From contig NC_057750.1 of NCBI RefSeq assembly GCF_004010195.1, positions 4,226,382 to 4,290,381 on the forward strand: a DNA stretch of 64,000 nucleotides. Reading direction: 5' to 3'. Shown here piece by piece: positions 12,212 to 23,319 of the stretch; position 1 is the first letter of the stretch; each line of letters opens with the position of its first letter. A program made the position numbers and the translations under genes. Origin of the DNA: Chiloscyllium plagiosum (Eukaryota). The notes below the pieces were generated by a model that saw only the letters and a list, made by a program, of their open reading frames with translations, did no database searches and was not told the origin of the DNA.

Positions 12212-13486
12212 CAGAGTCCATGCCGACCAGATATCCCAACCCAATCTTGTCCTACCTGCCAGCACCCGGCCCATATCCCTCCAAACCCTTCCTATTCATA
12301 TACCCATCTAAATGCCTCTTAAATGTTGCAATTATACCAGCCACTACCACTTCCTCTGGCAGCTCATTCCACACAGGTACCACCCTCTGTGTGAAAACGT
12401 TGCCCCTTAGGACTCTTTAATATCTTTCCCCCCCTCACCCTAAACCTATGCCCTCTAGTTCTGGACTCCCCCACCCCAGGGAAAAGACTTTGTCTATTTA
12501 TCCTATCCATGCCCCTCATAATTTTGTAAACCTCTATAAGGTCACCTCTCAGCCTCCGATGCTCCAGGGAAAACAGCCCCAGCCTNNNNNNNNNNNNNNN
12601 NNNNNNNNNNNNNNNNNNNNNNNNNNNNNNNNNNNNNNNNNNNNNNNNNNNNNNNNNNNNNNNNNNNNNNNNNNNNNNNNNNNNNNNNNNNNNNNNNNNN
12701 NNNNNNNNNNNNNNNNNNNNNNNNNNNNNNNNNNNNNNNNNNNNNNNNNNNNNNNNNNNNNNNNNNNNNNNNNNNNNNNNNNNNNNNNNNNNNNNNNNNN
12801 NNNNNNNNNNNNNNNNNNNNNNNNNNNNNNTACCTTCTTCGCTGTCCACTACACCTCCAATTTTGGTGTCATCTGCAAACTTACTAACTATACCTATTAT
12901 GCTCACATCCAAATCATTTATGTAAATAACAAAAAGTAGAGGACCCAGCACTGATCCTTGTGGCACTCCACTGGTCACATGCCTCCAGTCTGAAAAACAA
13001 CCCTCCACCTCGACCCTCTGTCTTCTACCTTTGAACCAGTTCTGTATCCAAATGGCTAGTTCTCCCTGTATTCCCTGAGATCTAACCTTGCTCACCAGTC
13101 TCCCATGGGGAACCTTGTCGAGCACCTTACTGAAGTCCACATAGATCACATCTACCGCTCTGCCCTCATCAATCCTCTTTGTTACTTCTTCAAAAAAAAC
13201 TGTCAAGTTTGTGAGACATGATTTCCCACGCACAAAGCCATGTTGACCATCCCTAATCAGTCCTTGCCTTTGCAAGTACATGTGCATCCTGTCCTTCAGG
13301 ATTCCCTCCAACAACTTGCCCACCACTGAGGTCAGGCTCACTGGTCTCTAGTTCCCTGGCTTGTCCTTACCACCCTTCTTAAACAGAGACCAACTTCCAG
13401 TCTTCTGGCACTTCACCTGTGACTATTGATGATATACATATCTCAGCAAGAGGCCCAGCAATCACTTCACTAGCTTCCCACAGAGT
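12212..13486 (-). mobile_element. Young CR1/HER1 LINE (RT), containing an assembly gap at 12586-12830
   Basis: Minus [14 protein letters not shown]...[14 protein letters not shown]...[11 protein letters not shown]...[21 protein letters not shown]...KFADDTK. Confidence 0.93.
12586..12830. other. Assembly gap (245 N)
   Basis: Run of N. Confidence 1.
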
Positions 13487-15639
13487 TCATTTTAAGTGTA
13501 CTGCTCACATGTCCACTTATCTGTCAGTTCCAGTAAATCACAGCGCAAACTGGAGGAACAACCTATCATCATTGGACACGGTACTTTACAACCTTCTGGA
13601 CTTAATATTGAGTTCAACATCTTCAAACTGGGAGCCATCTCCCAATCCCTTTCTTTGTATCTTGTTACATTCTCTGTCACCATGTTCTCTCTCCTCTCTC
13701 CTCCCCACTCCAGTGGGACTGTCTATTCTTTCAAGTCTGATAGTTAGACCATTGTTCTAACATTCCCATCACTTAATTTCAACTATCGACATCTTTTCTC
13801 CCCTGGCATTCAACCCCCTCGCCACAACCTCCAAACTGTAGCATAAATACAGTCCCCGCCTCACGTCACTTCAGCTCTGATGAAGAATCATCTAGGCTCA
13901 ATGTTAGTTTGCTCTCCCTCTGTGGATGCTGTCTGACCTTTTGTGAACTCCAGTATTTGATTTCAACTTGAATTTGAACTTAGAATTGGATGGGCCATCA
14001 TTGTAAAGTATTGCATGATGGAACAGCCTCAAAAGGCTGAATGATCTGCTCCTGTTTTGTAAGTTTTAATATCACAACACAGCTTTAGTCTGTGTACATG
14101 CTATTGAAAGATGATCAGATTTGCTGGAAATGCACGATAGGAGGACTGGCAGCTGAAAATAAAAAGAAAATGAACGTTATGAACCTCGCTTCATCAGATT
14201 TCAAGATATAGCCTTGAGATGTTCCTGTGTTTCTTCTCAGACTGTGTATTTCCATTATTTTCTGATTTTTCAAATGCCATCTTGGAACTGTGCAGGTTGT
14301 ATTTTAAAATGTGAAGGGCACCTCAGTCAGAATTGAACAGAATTGAGTCTGTAAAAATGTCCTCGCTTAAAGCTTTTGGGTGATTTCTGGACTTTGCTTT
14401 TTTTCCTTCCCCTTCTTCCATTGCTCTTGATTTAAGTGACAGTGTGATGCTTGAGTGTCACTTCAATTGACAGTTTTCTTTATTTGTAATTGGAATATTG
14501 TGACCAGCTATATGATGGGAATGAAGTAGTTAATAAAGGTTTTCATTATTCTCTAGATACTATGAATCCACACAAGCTTGTGTATAGCAAGTTATTGCAG
14601 ATTTTATCAACCATTATTTGGAATTGTCACCCCTTTATTAAGATTTCATTTCCAGCCTTGCCTTATATATCTTACTCTCTGCTTTTATGACACAAATTGT
14701 TTGAAGTTCTCAACAGGTTAGCCAGCATTGTTGCAAAGGTATAGACCCTTTGTAGAGTTCTGCTGGAAGTTCTACCTATGAATTAATGCCTACCTTTACA
14801 GCTATTGATGGATGTGCTGTCTGTGTCAAAACATGTTTGCTTTCTAATTTAGAGTTCCAGCATTTACAATTTGAGTTTCAGTTCTGTACTGGCATAAAGC
14901 TACAGTGCAAAATATTAAATACCAGAGGTCAAAATGCTGGTTCAGCAAAGTTCAATCATACATGTTCCTTATCAGTTTTACTTCTAGTTCACACATTGAA
15001 AACTGCAACTGCACTGTTTACCACTGCCCCATTTTATACAACCGCTGCTTACTGAATTTTCTCCATATTAAATCATCCCTGGATTATCCTGAGGTCACAG
15101 GGATTCCCTGCCAGATGATAACCTAGCACGTTAATGGAAAAAATCCAATCATCTTGTTCCTGCCAGCGGAGCAGAGCCCTTTTTATAAATCAACGCCATA
15201 ATTCCACATCGTTTCTGCTCCCAAGAAATGGAATCAAATGCAGCAGACACTGGCAGTGAGCTTAGTTTCTTGATTGCAACCAACCTACTTAAAACCCTTA
15301 TCTGATGCCGTTCCTCTCATTCCATTCCCATCCTATTCCTATATCCCTGTCATAATACCCCATTCCATTATGGCATCTCACCCACCCTTCCTTCCTGCAC
15401 CATCCTTATCCACCATTGCAACCCCTTCATAGCATTCACTGCTCCCACCACACCATCCATCCAATGCGTTTCATCCCACCCATTCTTTCACCTCCATTGC
15501 AGACTGCTTCATTTGGCGAGGTTGTCTTGCACCTGTGGGATAACTGCTGGTTAGTTGTGACATTTGCGAACTTTATTTAAAGTTTGCCCAACAATAGAGT
15601 TTTAAAGAGAAAAGGATTGGTAAAAATTGCTGTGGATGG

Positions 15640-16880
15640 CTTACAAGTCAGAAAGATAGGTATGTGGAATGGGAAACAAAGAAATGACTGGACAAAATTC
15701 ATACTTTGCTTCTGTCTGCTCAAAGGAGGACATAAATAATGTATCAGAAATGATGGGGAATGTAGGGTTTAATGACTGTGAGGAACTGAAGCAAATCCAA
15801 GTTAGTAGAGAAATAGTGATTGTGCAATTGAAGGTTGATGAATCTTCCAGGTCTGATAATCTACATCCCAGAGGGCATTCAGGATATGGCATTAGAAATA
15901 ATGGTTATCTTCTGAGATTTTATAGGTTCTGATTAGTTCCTACAGATTAGAGGGTGGCTAATATGACCCTACTATTTAAGAAGAGACAGAGAGAGAAAAT
16001 GGATAACAATTAGACAATATTCGACTGACGCTGGTCGTGAGAAAATGTCAGTCCTTTATCAAGGATTTTAACACAAAGCACTTTGAAGACACTAGTAGAA
16101 TTACACACAGTTATGGGCAGTCACAATTGACAAATTTACTGAAATTCTTTGAAGTTATAACTAATAGAGTTGGTCATAGGAGCCAGTGGATGTGGTATAT
16201 TTGAACTTTCAGAAGGCTTTTGACAAACTCCTACTTAAAGCTAAATGTGTAAAATCCAAGTGCGTGGGAATGGGGATACTGTATTGAAATGGGTAGACAA
16301 TTATTTAGCAGACAGGAAACAATGTCGGAATAAAGGAGTGTTTTTCTGAATGGCAGGCAGTTGAATACCACAGGGGTTTGTGCTAAGACCATAACTATTC
16401 TCAATATATGTTAATGACCTAGATGAGGGAACTAAATGTACTGTCTCTAAGATCTCAGATGACATACTGCTGGGTGGAAGAGTGAGCTGTGTGGGGGTTG
16501 TAGGGATGTTACAGTGTGGTTTGGCCTGGCTGAGTGGGTGGGCACATGCATGGGTAAGTATATTATAATATGGATAAATGTCAAGACCTTGACACCAGTC
16601 ATTAAGTAAGTGTGCAGGTGCAGCAGGCAGTAAAGAAGGTAAACTGTATGTTGGTCTTCATAGAGAGAGGGTTTGAGTACAGGAACACGGGTGTCTTACT
16701 GCGATTATAGTGTATCGATGAGATTACACCTGGAATGTTGAGTGCAGTTTTGGTCTCCTTCTCTGAGGAAGGATGTCCTTGCTATAGAAGGAATGCTGCA
16801 AAAGTTTACCAAATTAATTCCTGGAATTGGCATGAGAGATTGAGTTAGGATTATATTCACTGGAGTTTAGAAGAATGAAG
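15640..16880 (+). mobile_element. Old CR1-type LINE ORF2 remnant
   Basis: NSYFASV, DNLHPR, ANMTLLFKK, FQKAFDK and cagttttggtctcc motifs, with numerous stops. Confidence 0.75.
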
Positions 16881-18589
16881 GGGGGGGGCGGGATTTGTAG
16901 ATTAGTTTGCAAATTAATTTGCATGATGTTTATAAATTACGGAATTTATCAAATAGTGCATTTTTTTAAACAAATTAAGTAATGAGTGCTCTTTTAATTC
17001 TGACTAACCTATGCAGTCTTTGGATGTCTTTTTATTTTTTTTTTTACAAAGTGCAAATTTAATTTAAAAGTTAAAGTTTGATTTCTTTCTTGGGAAGATG
17101 ATGAACTTATAAGGGCACTGCATTGTATATCCTAGTAAAAGACCTAGATTGCACATTCATGAACAGAATGAGTAATAACACTTAGCAATTAGTTAATTCC
17201 TCTGTGGAAAGACTGAAACTGAGAATTATTGAAGCATTTCCTTCAGATAGTGATGCGACATGGTGTATTTGCATAGTTTAGGTAATGTCCATGAGGCAGT
17301 AGTGAATAATGAACAAGCCATAGAGTGAGGGAAGAATCATAGTCAACCTATCGAATGAATATTGCAAGAATTGCTAGTACAAGTGGTTCTAAATAACTAG
17401 TACATTAAGGCTGGTCTTCTATTTTAAAAATTGTTGAAATTCAAGAAAAGAATTCAAAAGTTGCAGGTTGATTTATGCTCCAGGTGACATGACCTTGTTC
17501 ACATTTGGCAGACTTTCTTTAGTTGTAAGGGAGGATATCAAAGTGTGAAGTTTGTGATTTGTTATGATACTGTTTGGGGCAGTGATACACAACCTCTCTT
17601 CCATCTAATATATTCAAAGCAGTGTTTATGGTAGTACAACTGAAACTATATCCAGAGTGTGAGGTGGTGAAACTATAAATATTTCAGCAGACATTTTATT
17701 ATAAGTTGGAATTTCCAAGTCTCCACAACTTAAAATAGCTTTGTGGGCATTCATTTGCTAAACAAATTTTTAACACTGTTAACAGACCCTGAAGCTATAG
17801 GGGCCAGTTGCTGAGTTTAATGCTTGCATACAGTGAAATGCATTTACCACTGAGGCTTGAATCTTGGTTAATGCTATTTTGTCAAAATCCAATATATACA
17901 AAGCTCCCATGCAGCTCATTCCTAAAAGGACAAATAACATATCCATTTAAAGCTGACCTCTTATGCCCAGATGTGTGCACAGATATTAAAATAACCTGTA
18001 CAATTCCATCTGAACAATAACACGCAAGTAAGAATTGAGCTCAGGTTGGTGAAACTGTACACCATTGTTCCAGTGAAACTTCAGCTTGGTGGAGTGCATG
18101 TGTTTGATGACGTACAATGAGACTGTCCTCTAGAGGAGACATTATTGTATGTATTCGGTTTTTATACCAGACAGTATTATCTCAGTTGAGTGTTCCACAT
18201 AATGCTAAGACTTCTGTCTTGTCTGGTAACTGAAGTTTTCATTGAAATTGAGATGCCATCCTTTTTAGTTTTAGAATATCTTTACATTTTCAATTAGTTT
18301 AGTGGGTCTGTTCAAGAAGGTGCCAGAAAACATGCCATTTAATCGGGTTTGTTTGCTTTCTGTTCTGATTTGGAAGTGAAAAGTATGTGTGTTTTTAAAA
18401 AAATAATTGAATGGCAGTATGTAACAGTGATGTACTTAAGTACTGGGCAATAGGGTGGCATGAATACTCTTTAGAGTTACCAATCTTAGTCTTTGATTTC
18501 AGCTTCCAGTAAGTTTCCATCATTTTGTCAGCTTCTGTTACAGACTTCTATGAAGTCTTTATAGCCAGTGCTATCATTTTGAAGCCATT

Positions 18590-19005
18590 CATTGATGTCC
18601 TACAGGAAGTGTGCATAGTAAGGTCCTACACATAATAATGACATAATGACCAGATCATCCTCTTTTTTTTTAATGAAAACAGGTGATGGATAGATGTTAG
18701 TCAGAATAACTGGGAGCTATTTGAAACAGTCTTGTGAACTATTTTGCATTGAACTTAAATCTCTGATAGGACCTGGGTTTAATGAGGGCTTTGCTAACAA
18801 TAGAGCACTCCTGTCTGTGCATAGGTCTAATGGCGGAGCACTCCCTCCTCTCTGTGCGTAGGTCTAACGGTGGAGCACTCCCTCCTGTCTGTGCGTAGGT
18901 CTAACATTGGAGCACTCCCTCAGTTTGTGCTCAAGTCAGTGGGACTTAAATCCACAACCTTCTGACTCTGTGAGTGTGTTCACAACTGAGCTGTGCTAAC
19001 ACTGA
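18590..19005 (-). mobile_element. Deu-domain SINE with internal minisatellite expansion
   Basis: Same layout as the other Deu-SINE copies. The core word gcactccctc is tandemly repeated at 18803-18921. Confidence 0.55.
18803..18921. repeat. Minisatellite, ~37 bp unit, about 3.3 copies
   Basis: gagcactccctcctgtctgtgcgtaggtctaacggtg-like units start at 18803, 18836, 18873 and 18910. Confidence 0.92.
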
Positions 19006-19507
19006 AATTGGATGCCTGACTGTGGCCTTGTTAGGTACTAACTATGTCAACAAAGCTGCTGTTCTTGTAGATCTAAAGTAGTAAAGTGTTAGAATGTCCG
19101 CTGAATCTTAAGAGAAAACATGAGCTCAAGTTTCAATTTTAGACATGTCACTCACGATTCAGTTTTCACTTGGATTGTTAGAAGATTTCTATGAACAGAA
19201 CTGTCATTGCATCTGTAACTGTGAAATCATTGCAGGCTAGTACCTTGTCTTTGCATACCAGTGATTTATATAGTCCTAGAGTTCTGCAGCAGAAGACACA
19301 TCACTTTGATGTTAGTCAGAAGCAGCCATCTAACTTGTCTAATCTCATTTTCCAGCACTTGGCCCATAGCCTTACAGGGTTTCTGCCTCTACCACTGTTA
19401 CAGGCAGTGAGTTTCAGAATCCCACTGGGTTATAACTGTCTCCTCACATCCCTCTAAACTTCCTTTTCCTTAAATCAATGCCGCCAGTCATAGCCTCTGT
19501 CAAGGAG

Positions 19508-19651
19508 TTAAAAATCACACAACACCAGAGCGCTGCTCCTTCATCAGGTGGTTGTCAACCTGAAGGAGCAGTGTTCCGAAAGCTAATGCTTCCAAATAAA
19601 CCTGTTGGACTATAACTTTGTCCACCCCAGTCCAACCCCAGCATCTCCAAA
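19508..19651. mobile_element. Palindromic Penelope-related short element (family 2) with perfect 12 bp TSD
   Basis: tctgtcaaggag occurs at 19496-19507 and 19652-19663. The interior has inverted gctgctccttcatcaggt / acctgaaggagcagtgttccgaaagcta. Confidence 0.78.
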
Positions 19652-22600
19652 TCTGTCAAGGAGAAAACTTTCTTCCTGCTTGTGTAAGATATTGACTTCT
19701 TCTTCAAATTTACATTTCAGATAATTGAGTCATGCAATTGACTGGTAATGCAATATTTAAATCCTCATGTAGATGCACAGAAACCTTCTGCAGATTACTT
19801 CCTTTTAATTGGGCTGTTCATTCAGTTTGGTCTTTGGATGCTGTTCAGCACTTATGGCAGCTTGCAACCAACCATTATCAATTGGAACTTTTCAAACATC
19901 AAACTGGCTTTTCAAGTAACAACAGAACTATTAATGCTGTATTGCATGACTGATTTCTGATTTGCTTTTGTTTATCCAACTGTGCAGCAATACCAATAAA
20001 TGTGAATAAATCAATTGGGCATCTGAGCTAAAAATGTAAAATGTTTGTGGGTGGCTGCAATTTCAGGCAATTTTTACCATCAGGTTATGGTAGAAGAAAC
20101 CACAACCCTTTGTGACATAATGATATTCATGATCATGAAGGGCCTTGACAGGAAATGGTACTACTAATCAACTCCTTCATAGATTCATTGTGAAACACAA
20201 GGTGGCCACTCAGTCCACCAAATCCATCCTGGCTCTCTGTCACATAATAAATCCCAATTCCTCTACCCTCTGTGAAATGTTGAGATTTTATTAGAGAACA
20301 GCTTAGACAGCACCAGACAGCTGGTTGATTTAATTTGTTGCTGAGCAAGAGTATTCTTCAGGAAATAGGTGAAAGTAGGGTGCTTGTGAACTAGATTTAT
20401 ATGTTGAAATCTGCCTGTCAATTTATTGGTGCCAAAATGGTTTTGGTGAAGCATTGTGGAACATTAAAAGGAGTTCTAATGAGCTCCCAGTGTCCAACAA
20501 TACTTTGAAATTCCTCTGGTTTCTCGCCCATTGAACATTATTCATCTGGCTCTGTCCACTTGGAAGTTTTCTTTAAAGGATTTTGGACTTTAGTGTCATG
20601 GAGTGGCTGTCCCACTCTCGTTCTGCTATGCCCCTCCAATATGGAGATGTGCCAATCAGCTGGTCTGTTGGTGGAGCAGTTGTTGCAGTAGAAAGTCAAT
20701 GCGATCAAATACACTAGCATCTGTCAGGAATTGCACACTATTCTGCCAGATCTATTCTCCTGAATATATCCTGCAACTTGTTAGCTGTGAATTCGTACTG
20801 GTTGAGTGCGTGTTGAAACGATGTCTCTATATCTGCTGGCAAGGGTTCCATCTCCATGCCCTGTGAATGTAGGGTATTGACACAATCTGACCAGCACAAG
20901 TGTGGAGGCATTACACTTCATCTGCCTTCAAGCCAGGTTAGCAGCATAATTTCTGTCCCTCTGGAATTACACACACTCTGGATGAAAAAGTGTTCTGTTC
21001 TCTGAAACTTCCAAATCTTCAATTTAAAATTTTGCAAACAAAAACTGACCTGGTCCAACATTAAATGCCAATTATATAGACTTTTGACCTGTGTTTACTG
21101 AACAAACAGTTAAAAGGGAAGGTTATGGTTTTCTTGTGAAGTCAACTCTGTAAAAGGAGAGCTGCCTTGTGTTAAATGGTCATAAAGGTGAGATCATAGC
21201 AGTACTATGTAAAAGTCATATGACTTGTCAACACATGAGTGGTGCCAGAAAAAATAAAATCCTCCTGCTCATCTTATTTAACATGATAACTTGAATTCCA
21301 ATCTCTGTACGCAGATAAGTACAGTTTGCCTTTAAACAAGGCATGTTGTGGAAGCAGAGTTAACATCGGAGATTGTTAACCTCTGATCAGACTCTCCTGA
21401 CACTGCGCAGACGCTGCCAGGCCTGATGAGTGATTCGTGTTTTTTTATGTCCGGTTTCCGGGACCTGCAGAATTTTACCTATGCACGGAAATATAAAGAG
21501 TAGCCTCTTGCTTTGTGTGAAACTTGATTAAAAATTAAACCTGAAACAAATTTTTTAAAAACTGAAAATTCACAGCATCTGCAGTTCATGCTGTGAACGA
21601 GAACCTTCATCTATCCTTGATCTTGAACACAGGCTCTATTTTGGAAAAACTGATATTTCTGTAACTTCAAAAGACCAATTGTACAGAGCAGTGGGGCATT
21701 CCACTTGCAGTCAAGTTGAGACATAAAGAAAAGAAAACCGACACTGGTCACATCTTTAAAAATTCTTTCACAGGATGTAGGAGACACTGATTCGACCAGT
21801 ACTTACTGTCTGTCCCTACTGCCTTTGAGAGGCTTGTAAGTTGGCACTTTACACCACTGTTGCCCGTGATGTGGGTACACCACAGTGCCCTTAGGAAGAG
21901 AATTCTGGGATTTTGACCCAGTGATACTGAAGGAATTTCCAAGTCAGGATGGTGCATGACTTGGAGGGGAACTTGTAGGTCATGGTATTCCTATGAATCT
22001 GCCTGTGTCCTTCTAGATGATGGAGATTGTAGGTTTGGAAGGTGCTGTGTAAGGATCCCTGATGAGTTCCTGATGTGCATCACTGATGAACAGTGTTACT
22101 TCCAGTACAGTATGCAAATGTCAGTTTCAGACCTGCATTAAAGGATCTGACACCGAGCCATCATAGTTGATGCATGACCGGTAGAGATCAGGAATAGAGA
22201 TTATGATGGGGATTTTTAAAAGTGTAAGTTACCCCTCAGAAACAACAGTTTCGTGATCATAAAAGACTCTATGTAAATGGATCAATGGTAGATTTCTTGT
22301 TTTGATAGCTTATCTCTGATCGCTGATATTTAACAAGGCTTGCTAAGAATGAATTGTTACAAAGTGGAAAAGTGGAACTATAAAGATGGCTGCTACCAAA
22401 GATGAATTGACTTAATTTTTCTGCTGAGAGGATTTTAAAGGTTATAGATATTGCTAGTTAAATTTGAGAGTCTGCTTCCAGTTTTGATGCCATATCCTCC
22501 TAATCAAAAGGATGATCTCATTCTGCAGGCAGGATTTATGTAGAGAAGCTGGGGTTGCTGTTGAAGATGTGAAACCTTCCTGTTAGATTTGTTTTATGTA

Positions 22601-22804
22601 TAACTCTTAATGCAAACAGCACCTTAGACTGTATTTAATTTAAGACTATTGCTGCAAACATCAGTTCTTTTCAATGACCAATTTTGTTGTTAACTAAAAC
22701 TAAGGTTATGTAAAAACTAATGCTCCATGTTTATTTCGCAGCGCCTTTATATTTATGCTTTTGATCCTCAACTGCAGCATGTTCTATGCTCGTTTCACTA
22801 ACAG

Positions 22805-22938
22805 GTTTGGAGGAGGTGCAGGCCAACGTTCAGTTGTGCCTTATGAGCATCACAACAGAGATGATGTGATGTCAAGTGGTGATTCCTTATCAGGAGGATT
22901 AACCAGCCAGGACAGCACAATTGAGCGAAATAAGAATG
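22805..22938 (+). CDS. SIPA1L3: SIPA1L3 coding exon C, 134 nt, phase 2-1
   Basis: Acceptor ttcactaacag|G and donor G|gtaatg. Translates FGGGAGQRSVVPYEHHNRDDVMSSGDSLSGGLTSQDSTIERNKN (cf. SSGDSSSGGLTSQESTMER). Confidence 0.9.
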
Positions 22939-22956
22939 GTAATGATTTATAGTCGC

Positions 22957-23319
22957 TGTTACAGACGTTTTACTTGTCTACTGCCTGTCTCTTGTTTTTG
23001 GGACAGGTGCTAATGTTTCTTTAATTTTCTCCCCCCCACCTGATGTGTGCAAGAGAGAGTTCCCTGGGCACTAGCAACCCTGTGTTTTTTTCCCATTGCC
23101 AGATGAAGTGCCACCCCATTGATTTAATTATTGCTGTTGTTACAGACGTTTTACTTGTCTACTGACTGTCTCTTGTTTTTGGGACAGGTGCTAATGTTTC
23201 TTTAATTTTCTCCCCCCCCACCTGATGTGTGCAAGAGAGAGTTCCCTGGGCACTAGCAACCCTGTGTTCTTTTCCCATTGCCAGATGAAGTGCCACCCCA
23301 TTGATTTAATTATTGCTGT
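22957..23319. repeat. Near-perfect tandem duplication, 181/182 bp x 2
   Basis: Copies at 22957-23137 and 23138-23319 differ, by eye, at 2 substitutions and 1 homopolymer indel. Confidence 0.95.

Larger units (their letters stand above)
12123..13970 (+). mobile_element. Penelope-like element remnant (GIY-YIG endonuclease plus 3' region), split by a CR1 insertion
   Basis: CTQCGLLYSGETKH and KHDPELFVAGH (12123-12211) continue after the insertion as ...QRKLEEQPIIIGHGTLQPSGLNIEFN. A ctgatgaa core lies at 13877. Confidence 0.75.

Noticed and set aside
18803..18921. CRISPR-like repeat array
   Set aside because: The units are contiguous near-identical tandem copies without unique spacers, the context is a eukaryotic intron, and there are no cas genes.
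20520..21010. Possible ancient RTE-type LINE remnant on the minus strand
   Set aside because: Only a vague motif resemblance, too degenerate to call without a profile search.
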